Source of the DNA: Nannocystales bacterium
GTDB lineage: Bacteria > Myxococcota_A > Polyangia > Nannocystales > Nannocystaceae
Length of the DNA stretch: 64,000 nt
Direction: 5' to 3'
Assembly (NCBI GenBank): GCA_050633305.1
Contig: JBOEGF010000007.1
Coordinates: 1 to 64,000 of the forward strand
Made by a program: the position numbers and the translations under genes. Within the stretch, counting starts at the first letter, position 1, and the number at the start of each line of letters is the position of its first letter. Under the pieces are notes generated by a model. The model did no database searches. It had not been told where the DNA came from and was given only the letters and a program-made list of their open reading frames with translations. This document shows, one piece after another, positions 57,145 through 64,000 of the stretch.

Positions 57145-58517
57145 CCGTCGCTGGGCCGTGGGCGTCGGCCGTCTCCGCCGCCTCGTGGCTTTCGACGCTT
57201 GCGTCCGCCCCGTCGACGTCGACGTCGGTTGTTGTGCTCCGGCTCGGCACCGGCCTCAGGCTGCGCGGCGGCCATGCGTTTCCATCGCCCTAGCTCGCTC
57301 TTGCCGTCGCCGGTGGCCTGCACCGAGATGCCCAGGAAGATGAGCGCGTCGTGGAAGTAGTCTCGATCGGTGAGATCGGAGCGGCGCTTGCCGCTGGTCA
57401 CGAGCATGCGACGCGTCGCCATCAGAATCTGCCGCGCCATCTCGCGGTCGCGTCGAGCGATCCCCAGGGCGCTTCCGGCAGGTGCCATCAGCTGCTCGAT
57501 CCGGCGATCGAGTTGCTGCCGCGATTGAATCTCTTCGTCGGCGACAAGCAGAGGCGCGAACAACACGGCGAGCAACACCCCGTTGACCGGAACATGACCG
57601 GTGCCGCGGATGGTCATGTCGAGCGCGTCGAGGTAACGCCACAGCAGGCGCGCGGGCGTGGCCTGTTCGCCGGGCGGAAGGTCGTCTTCCGCTTCGATCA
57701 TCGCGTCATGCAGGGAGGTTCGGGCTTCGTGCATCGACGGGCCGAACAGCTTCACGTACGAGGGCAGGATGCCCTTGAGCAGCTTGGTCTCGAGCAGAAG
57801 CTCGAAGCTTCGGCGGGACGAGCCGCCGCGCAGGAGTTTGTAGACCTCCTCGAGCAGTCGAGCGCGCGAGCACTTCTCGATGTCGGGTGCGACGTCGAGG
57901 AGCGACTTCCAGGTCTCGAGTTCGAAGTCGAAGTCGAGACGAGCGGCGAACTTCACCGCGCGAATCATGCGGACCGGGTCTTCGCGGAAGCGAACCTCGG
58001 GTGTTCCGATGGTGCGGATGAGACCTTCGTCCAGGTCTCGCATGCCGTCCACGAAGTCGACGACGTTGCGGGCGTCCACGTCGAAGAACAACCCGTTGAC
58101 CGTGAAGTCGCGGCGCATCGCGTCGTCTTCGACGCTGCCCCACTCGTTGTCGGTGCGGATGAGTAGATCCTCGCCTTCGGCAGCTTCTCGTGGCGCGCTT
58201 CGGAAGGTGCTCGTCTCGATGATCTTCGGACCGAAGAACACGTGCGCGAGCTTGAAGCGTCGGCCGATGATTCGGCTGTTGCGGAAGAGTCGCCGGATCG
58301 ACTCGGGCGTAGCGCTGGTGGCCACGTCGAAGTCCTTCGGTTGTCGACCTAGGTAGATGTCTCGAACGCAGCCACCGACGAGGTAGGCTTCGTGGCCGGC
58401 GCCGAGCAGTCGACGTACGACTTTGAGCGCATCCGTATCGACTCGGCGCAGGAACCCATCGAAACCTTTTCTGGCCGCTGCCTGGCTGTCGGGCATATCG
58501 CGAGGTCCGTCTACCAC
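57141..58517 (-). CDS. pcnB: Poly(A) polymerase I
   Basis: LVGGCVRD, DFDVAT, PAP signature IIGRRFKLAHV, RRDFTVN, EDPVRMIRA; Arg-rich tail. Confidence 0.92.
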   Translation of the reverse strand: MVDGPRDMPDSQAAARKGFDGFLRRVDTDALKVVRRLLGAGHEAYLVGGCVRDIYLGRQPKDFDVATSATPESIRRLFRNSRIIGRRFKLAHVFFGPKIIETSTFRSAPREAAEGEDLLIRTDNEWGSVEDDAMRRDFTVNGLFFDVDARNVVDFVDGMRDLDEGLIRTIGTPEVRFREDPVRMIRAVKFAARLDFDFELETWKSLLDVAPDIEKCSRARLLEEVYKLLRGGSSRRSFELLLETKLLKGILPSYVKLFGPSMHEARTSLHDAMIEAEDDLPPGEQATPARLLWRYLDALDMTIRGTGHVPVNGVLLAVLFAPLLVADEEIQSRQQLDRRIEQLMAPAGSALGIARRDREMARQILMATRRMLVTSGKRRSDLTDRDYFHDALIFLGISVQATGDGKSELGRWKRMAAAQPEAGAEPEHNNRRRRRRGGRKRRKPRGGGDGRRPRPSDG

Positions 58518-58603
58518 AAGCGGGGGACTCGTTGAAAGACGCGTGATTTCAGGAACCTATCCTTTCGGGCTTCGGATCGGGTTTGCGCCGACGTTTTGAG
58601 ATG

Positions 58604-58640
58604 CTATTTCAATGTTCAGTGCACTGAACATGGGTGGAGC
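58604..58640. promoter_or_regulatory. Perfect 20-bp palindrome forming two back-to-back LexA-box-like sites
   Basis: ATGTTCAGTG-CACTGAACAT at 58612-58631. CTGAACATGGGTGGAGC (58624-58640) matches 14 of 17 positions of the Myxococcus xanthus LexA consensus CTRHAMRYBYGTTCAGS. Confidence 0.6.
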
Positions 58641-58713
58641 ATCTAACCAGGGCCTCGTGCCCCTCGCGCTGTGTGTCGTTCGCGGGTTCGCAACCTGCGA
58701 CGCCGAAGGCGTC

Positions 58714-59532
58714 GTGTTGGGCGTTCGGTCCTCAAGTCCTCGTTATTCGGGGTCTTTTTCTCCAGTGGGCACCGGATCCGCTCGGGTCGAAGAAGGCTCT
58801 GCAGCCCGTGGGCTCGCGGCGCTGCTTGGCGCGCGAGAGGCCGATGGCCATCGAGATGTCGCGGTCGTTCTCGAGCTGCATGGGGCGGGAGATCTTCATT
58901 GGGTCGCCGAGGCGATCTCCTGGTTGGCGCGTCATGGGCGAAAAACGGTCGTGCGGACCGACCGTGCGCTGCCGCGAGACGCCGTCGAGGCTGCTCGTGA
59001 TGCGCGGGCGGTTGTGCAGCTTCGGGTCGCGAGCTTCGACCCTCGAATTCAGGCTGCGTTGCTCGGTCGTGACGCCGACACCGCGGCACGTCTACTCCTC
59101 GGGGCTCAGCACCTCCGCGCACAGTCGGTTCGCGTCGGCGTGTTGCTCGCCCCGCTGATGCCTGTGGTCCATCGCGACGAAGTTCTCGAGTCGCTGACCC
59201 GCAACATCTGTGCGGCCGACGTCGGCGAGTTGTCGTTGGCGGTGGGTGGCTGGTCCGCGGCTCGTCACCAAGCGCTCGCGCCATGGCTCCCCACCGGAGG
59301 GGCCACTGCACTGGCCCGCGCGTACGGTGTGTTCGAGCCCGAGGCGGCGGTGGGACGGATTCGTCTGGGCCTACGCGAAGCCACGCTTCTGCAACGCCAA
59401 GCCCGGCGTATCGCGGAACACGCCGGGCTTTCGGTGGGGGGATGCGGCTGCGATGCGCAGTGCGATCTGGCGTCCGAGCCGCACGAACCGTTTCGCTCGT
59501 TGCTCGCGCCCGAGTTGTTCGCCGCAGTCTGA
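58714..59532 (+). CDS. SplB/Rv2578c-like radical-SAM-fold protein lacking CxxxCxxC
   Basis: VVRTD, VASFDP...ALL, VRVGVLLAPLMP resemble the SPL-like barrel. No cluster motif even in the longest frame from 58612. GTG start inferred. Confidence 0.6.
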   Translation: MLGVRSSSPRYSGSFSPVGTGSARVEEGSAARGLAALLGAREADGHRDVAVVLELHGAGDLHWVAEAISWLARHGRKTVVRTDRALPRDAVEAARDARAVVQLRVASFDPRIQAALLGRDADTAARLLLGAQHLRAQSVRVGVLLAPLMPVVHRDEVLESLTRNICAADVGELSLAVGGWSAARHQALAPWLPTGGATALARAYGVFEPEAAVGRIRLGLREATLLQRQARRIAEHAGLSVGGCGCDAQCDLASEPHEPFRSLLAPELFAAV

Positions 59533-59656
59533 CTCGCCCGCAACGCTTGCCAGCGTGTTCGGCAGCCAGCCCCGGGCCGGTCGGCTTGGGCCGACGCGGG
59601 TAACCGAACTGGGTGACCGAGCTGAGGGACGGCCGAGGACAGGTCGGCCGCCGAGT

Positions 59657-59788
59657 TCAGGTCGCGCCGTCGGTCTCGTCGTCGCGATCGAGTTCGTTGG
59701 TCGTGTCGATGCAGGCCATGCCGCCGACTGCGATGGCCATACCGAACAGGACAAACAGGGCAAGGTACTTGCGAGTAATGCGGTTCAT
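59657..59788 (-). CDS. Tiny lipoprotein (43 aa), not in the ORF track
   Basis: MNRITRKYLALFVLFGMAIAVGGMAC-IDTTNELDRDDETDGAT*: basic n-region, hydrophobic h-region, lipobox-like GMAC. Starts 15 nt after the upstream gene. Confidence 0.7.
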   Translation of the reverse strand: MNRITRKYLALFVLFGMAIAVGGMACIDTTNELDRDDETDGAT

Positions 59789-59803
59789 GGGCTTGGGGAG
59801 AAG

Positions 59804-61705
59804 CTAGGGTTGGTCTGATTGAAGCCTGCGGGCAGCGTCGATGCGACGCTGAAGTGCTTGAACTCTGCCCGTGGGTGCCTCGTCGAGCGCGGCGGTCGCC
59901 GCATTCCACTGCTGTGAGGCCGCGGCAGTGTGGCCGAGATCGAGCTGGAGTTCTACCCCAGCCATCACTACGTCCCAACGTTCCGGATGCAGATCGCTTG
60001 CACGTGCGTAATCGCTGGCCGCCCCCTGGGGCTCGCCGAGTCGGTGGCGCAGCCGCCCGGACACGGCGAAAACCTCGGCGACATAGGGGGCCTCGCGTCT
60101 TGCGCGCTCCAACCCCTCAAATGCGCGCCGAACCCGCTGTTCGTAGGGGACCCCTGGGAGGTCGAGTGCGGTCGATGCCAGGGCAAGACGGGCGCGTTCG
60201 GGGCGGGTCGACATCCGCTTCAGCGCGCGCTCGAACGAGGCATGGGAGCGGGGCCAGTCTCGCTCGGCGGCGGCGAGCCTGGCCTCGCATAGGTGAGGGA
60301 GGGGACTCTTCGGATCGTAGTGGAGGGCCAGCGCGCAGTGTGTGCGAGCCCGCACGAGCAGGAGCGGACGGTCGAGGGGATCGGGCTGGTCCCGGAGGGT
60401 CGCCACCAACAGCTCGCCGACGATGGCGTGTCCCCGGGCGGAGTGGGGAGCTCGGCGGAGTGCGATCTGCCAAAGACGGCTGTCGGAGCGATACGCCGCG
60501 GTCACGCCCTGCGCGACCGAGCCTTGCAGCACCACCATCGCGATCCACGGGGCCAAAGGATGAAGACCCCACCGACGCTTCAGCCACGCCCCGGTGCGCA
60601 GCAGCGCGACAGCCATGCCCACACAGACTGGAACGCTGGTGAGGTAGACGAACCGGTCCGCCCGCATGTTGGGCATGGGTGCGAGGTTGCTGGTGGGTGC
60701 GGCCAGGATGAAGGCGGCGATGATGACCCAGGCGAGCAGCGGCGCGCGGCGGCCTCGGGCTGCGGCCAAAGCGAGGAGCGTGAGACCTGAGAACGCCAGC
60801 AGCGCGAGGACGGTTGCGGGCTCGCCCCATGCTGCGCCGTAGTCGACGTACTCCGGGCTCAGAGCCCTGGGCAACCACAGCTGCTGCAGGTAGCCCAGGT
60901 GAATCTGAGCGCTGGCAGCCAACACCGGGCCGAGCCCGACCCGATGTGCAAACACGCGTTCGCTCGCACCATAGGGGTCCAAGCCGTCGAGAATGATAGC
61001 TCGGAAGGCCACGACGGCGGCCACGCCCGCCAACAACGTCGCGGCCGGGAACAGCAACCGTCGCGTCGGAACGGGTGTGGCCCAAGGGGACAGGACCTTC
61101 ATCGCGACCCAGACCAAAGGGAGTCCTGCGACACTGAGCTTGGCGCCGCTCGCCAACGCCATCAGGACACCTGCGCCGCCGAGGTGAAGCCAACTCTTGG
61201 AGCGAAGAGATGCGCTCACAAGCACCGCCGCGCCCAAGCCCAAGGCGGCCGCGAGCAAGTCTTCGCGATACGAGACGACCGCGACGGCCTCTCCGTGAAT
61301 CGCCAGGACGCCGAAGAGCGTGGTTGCCGTGATCACCACGCGTCGCGGTGCACCTTCGCGGGCGAGCCACAAACCAACGAGGCCGGTCACGAGCACGTGC
61401 AGTAGGACCGACGTGATGTGGTGCGCGACCGGGGAGAGTCCGAACAGCGCGTACGTGAGCGCGTCGAAAACGACGAGGGTCGGGCGGAATGCATCGGGCA
61501 CGCCGGCCGCGGCTGCCTCGCGTCCGAGCAGCATCGGAAGGTTGCTCAGGTCCCTCAGGAACCCATTCCCCAGGAGCGTCCAGTGATCGTCGTAGACGAA
61601 GCCGAACGTCAGCGTGGAGCCGAAGACGAACGCGGTCAGCAGCAACACGCCGCCGTACAGCCATCGTTGGGGGACCCCGTCCCAGGGCTCCGCACGCTCA
61701 CCCAC
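59804..61705 (-). CDS. TMTC-like GT-C glycosyltransferase (putative protein O-mannosyltransferase) with TPR tail
   Basis: FVYDD, FRP, H.EAV..VSYREDL, ADRFVYL.S, LW..AL...P, C-terminal TPR-like helices. Confidence 0.82.
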   Translation of the reverse strand: MGERAEPWDGVPQRWLYGGVLLLTAFVFGSTLTFGFVYDDHWTLLGNGFLRDLSNLPMLLGREAAAAGVPDAFRPTLVVFDALTYALFGLSPVAHHITSVLLHVLVTGLVGLWLAREGAPRRVVITATTLFGVLAIHGEAVAVVSYREDLLAAALGLGAAVLVSASLRSKSWLHLGGAGVLMALASGAKLSVAGLPLVWVAMKVLSPWATPVPTRRLLFPAATLLAGVAAVVAFRAIILDGLDPYGASERVFAHRVGLGPVLAASAQIHLGYLQQLWLPRALSPEYVDYGAAWGEPATVLALLAFSGLTLLALAAARGRRAPLLAWVIIAAFILAAPTSNLAPMPNMRADRFVYLTSVPVCVGMAVALLRTGAWLKRRWGLHPLAPWIAMVVLQGSVAQGVTAAYRSDSRLWQIALRRAPHSARGHAIVGELLVATLRDQPDPLDRPLLLVRARTHCALALHYDPKSPLPHLCEARLAAAERDWPRSHASFERALKRMSTRPERARLALASTALDLPGVPYEQRVRRAFEGLERARREAPYVAEVFAVSGRLRHRLGEPQGAASDYARASDLHPERWDVVMAGVELQLDLGHTAAASQQWNAATAALDEAPTGRVQALQRRIDAARRLQSDQP

Positions 61706-61771
61706 GGTCGCGGACTGTAGCAGCCTGTGCAGCAGCCTGTGCAGTAGGGGCGGGGGAGCCCGGACCCGCGC

Positions 61772-62329
61772 CTAATGGGCTGCGGCTTCGAGGCACTCTT
61801 TGCGGCGGGACTTGATCAGCTCGCCACACTTGCGGTGGTCGATGCCGAGCACGATGGCGGTCAGGGCGAGTCCGGCCACAGCAAGCGCGGCGCCACCGAT
61901 CGCGACGCCGTTGAAGGCCTTGCCGCGGTCTCGCAGATCGGACTCTTCATTTCGAGAGAGTCCTTCGTTGTACCCGTCGTCGAGCTGGTTTTCGGTGATC
62001 TGCCCGGCTGCGCCGAAGCCGATCGCCATGGCACCGCCGAGCGCCGAGGCCACGACGCCGCCGACGAATGCACCCTTCCGCCTGCGCTGGTCCCTGTCCG
62101 TGTCGCTACCGTCGCTGAGGTCGTCGGACGTATCGATACGCTCGCCGGATGCGTCGGTTTGCTCGAACGTGGTGCGCTCGGCGAGCCGACCGACTTGGAG
62201 ATCGCTGGGGAGCGCGCGGGGGGTGGGTCGCTGCGTGTAGCTGAGTGCGGGGGTGCACCCGGTCAGCGTGGCGGCCGTGAGTGCGAGCGACGTGAGGAGC
62301 ACTGACGAAGTGGAAAGCAGCGTCTTCAT
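61772..62329 (-). CDS. Hypothetical lipoprotein / membrane protein
   Basis: LTGC lipobox and two Gly/Ala-rich TM segments. ATGA overlap with the upstream gene. Confidence 0.75.
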   Translation of the reverse strand: MKTLLSTSSVLLTSLALTAATLTGCTPALSYTQRPTPRALPSDLQVGRLAERTTFEQTDASGERIDTSDDLSDGSDTDRDQRRRKGAFVGGVVASALGGAMAIGFGAAGQITENQLDDGYNEGLSRNEESDLRDRGKAFNGVAIGGAALAVAGLALTAIVLGIDHRKCGELIKSRRKECLEAAAH

Positions 62330-62886
62330 TCTGTGTCTCCTTCTGTGCCCCCGTCAGAGTCTCCGTCCGTGTCCCCGTCCGAGCCCGCGGTCGTCTCAGG
62401 AAGATCTTCGGGGATGCAGACACCTACGCCTGGGGGACAGATCTGGCCTTGACCGCACGCGCCGGCGTCGGTGGGATCGCACGTGGTCGCGCAAAACCCC
62501 GCGATGCAGAGCTCACCGTCGGGGCAGCTGTCCGCGGAGCATTCCTCCATGCACAGCCCCGCGCCGATCAGCTCGCTGACGGTTGGGATCTCCGTGCAGC
62601 TCTGCGATCCCGGACATGCATCGTCGTCCGGGCTGCAGGCGCTCACACAGACGCCGTTGATGCAGGCGAGGTGCTGGGGGGAGGTCCCGCAGTCCTCGTC
62701 GGCGGTCGCCATCGTGCACTCGACCTGACACAGCCCGGAGACGCACGAGGTGCCTTCGCCGCACTCGTTGTCGCTCCCGCAGGTGTTGCGGAAGTACGGC
62801 GGAGGAAGCCGCTCGGAGTAGCAACCGGTTCCCGTGCCGATTGCGCAAAGAGTGGCCAAGAGCGTGAGGGGGAGAAGTCGGGACAT
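62326..62886 (-). CDS. Cys-rich lipoprotein with acidic Gly/Thr/Asp tail
   Basis: GTGC lipobox, repeated C..G.C units, GSDGDTDGDSDGGTEGDTE tail. Confidence 0.8.
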   Translation of the reverse strand: MSRLLPLTLLATLCAIGTGTGCYSERLPPPYFRNTCGSDNECGEGTSCVSGLCQVECTMATADEDCGTSPQHLACINGVCVSACSPDDDACPGSQSCTEIPTVSELIGAGLCMEECSADSCPDGELCIAGFCATTCDPTDAGACGQGQICPPGVGVCIPEDLPETTAGSDGDTDGDSDGGTEGDTE

Positions 62887-62958
62887 GGCGTCGCTTCGCA
62901 TGAGCGTATGCCACGAATCCCCCACAGCGTCACCCGCAGCGGCCGAATTCGGCCGGGT

Positions 62959-64000
62959 TCACGGGGCGGCGGCAGCCGACAGCGTCGAGGGAGAATCGGG
63001 CCTTCGCATGGACCCCACGACGGCTCGGCGGGTTTCGCCATACTTCTCGTGCCATTGTGCCGGCGTTTCGAACGCGAGGACGGTGACCGAGTCTCGGTGT
63101 CCATCCCGCACGAAGTGAACGTGTCGGGCCATCTGGACCCCGTTGCGCTCCAGCGAATACACCACCGTCTGGACGTCCTCGCCATCGGAGCGGGATTCTT
63201 CTCGCAGATCGTTGGCGCGGCCGCCGGGGACGAGCGCCCGCAGCCTGTTGTTCTCGTACCAATGCTCGGCGTCCTGCGCATGCTCGCTCGGCACGGGATC
63301 GGCCGTGAGGACCACCATCCCCCCGGCGGTGGAGAATTCCCGTTCCCCAAGGGGGCCGTACCGAGGCCGCCAGCGGGATGGGACCTGGAGCGTGACCCCG
63401 TTGTCGAGGGCCACGGCCCGGCGCTTGTCTCCTCCGACGAGGTTCGGCGCCACAGCGATGGTTGCGATGCAGAACACGCCCGCGGCCACGAATCGCACCG
63501 GCCAATGCCGCTTGCGAGGCAGCCAGGGATAGTTGGGGAGGGCGATCGGGAGGAGCATGCCGCCGATGAGACCTGCGCAGAGCCCACCGAGGTGGCTCGC
63601 GTGGTCGACCCCGGGGTTCCGCATCCCAACGACAAAGAGGATGACCAAAAAAGGCAGTACCCAGATGCCGAAGTACCGCTGCACGCTCGCGGCCAGGCGA
63701 TCGTGGTAGCGCAGGCCGAACGTGACGGCGGCGCCGAGCACCCCGAAGACGATCCCGCTGGAGCCGGCCGAGACTTGGGGTGTTCCCAGAAGGCTCGCTA
63801 GGGAGGATGCGACGGCGGAAAAGAGGATGAGGGCCGCGTAGTCGCTGCGGCGGGAAGCGTGTTCGAGCGCGCCGCCGACGGTAAAGAGGAACACGAGGTT
63901 GAACACCAAGTGCAGCACCGACGTGTGCACGAAGTGGCAGCTGAGCAGTCGCCACGACTCCCCCACATCTGCGACCAGCGGCGTGCTTCGGCCCCCGAGG
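62959..64000 (-). CDS. Rhomboid-family intramembrane serine protease with C-terminal soluble domain (5' partial)
   Basis: WRLLSCHFVH...HLVFN, GSSG, HLGG. The frame is open to the window end. Confidence 0.9.
   Translation of the reverse strand, partial: LGGRSTPLVADVGESWRLLSCHFVHTSVLHLVFNLVFLFTVGGALEHASRRSDYAALILFSAVASSLASLLGTPQVSAGSSGIVFGVLGAAVTFGLRYHDRLAASVQRYFGIWVLPFLVILFVVGMRNPGVDHASHLGGLCAGLIGGMLLPIALPNYPWLPRKRHWPVRFVAAGVFCIATIAVAPNLVGGDKRRAVALDNGVTLQVPSRWRPRYGPLGEREFSTAGGMVVLTADPVPSEHAQDAEHWYENNRLRALVPGGRANDLREESRSDGEDVQTVVYSLERNGVQMARHVHFVRDGHRDSVTVLAFETPAQWHEKYGETRRAVVGSMRRPDSPSTLSAAAAP

Noticed and set aside
61719..61744. 12-bp tandem duplication AGCAGCCTGTGC x2 upstream of the TMTC-like gene
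   Set aside because: Only two copies, consistent with simple slippage. No other support for function.

Overview
GC-rich bacterial DNA, very likely from a myxobacterium (Myxococcota, Nannocystaceae-like). This is inferred from a MYXO-CTERM protease, three Ser/Thr kinases, a DUF1592/DUF1552 pair and many Ser/Thr/Gly/Asp-linker lipoproteins. Positions 1-~7660 are an accessory island integrated at the 3' end of a tmRNA gene (ssrA, minus strand, 7664-8025, tag ANNSNYGQLAAVA). The island looks like a tandem array of two related small integrative elements. Each has an XRE regulator with an AT-hook-like tail placed divergently from a surface-protein gene, plus an unusually long excisionase-like gene coupled (ATGA) to a tyrosine integrase. 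One integrase is intact and reads through the att site into antisense ssrA. The other is a short frameshifted remnant. The island also holds an inverted, helically phased TCAACA array, a perfect AT-rich palindrome and an IS66 that split a beta-barrel paralogue. The rest (8.2-64 kb) is chromosomal backbone: lon, argS, pcnB, an apaH-like gene, thiolase, enoyl-CoA hydratase, peptidases, kinases, transporters and lipoproteins. Backbone points worth checking: an ArsI/CadI gene coupled to a Cys-tailed ECF sigma factor; a LexA-like palindrome before an SplB-like protein with no Fe-S motif; PhaR-like boxes before a FabH-hydrolase-symporter operon; an AAA ATPase with a non-canonical Walker B; a 697-aa pentapeptide-repeat protein; and two small ORFs missing from the ORF track. 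All calls come from reading motifs by eye; no database search was run.
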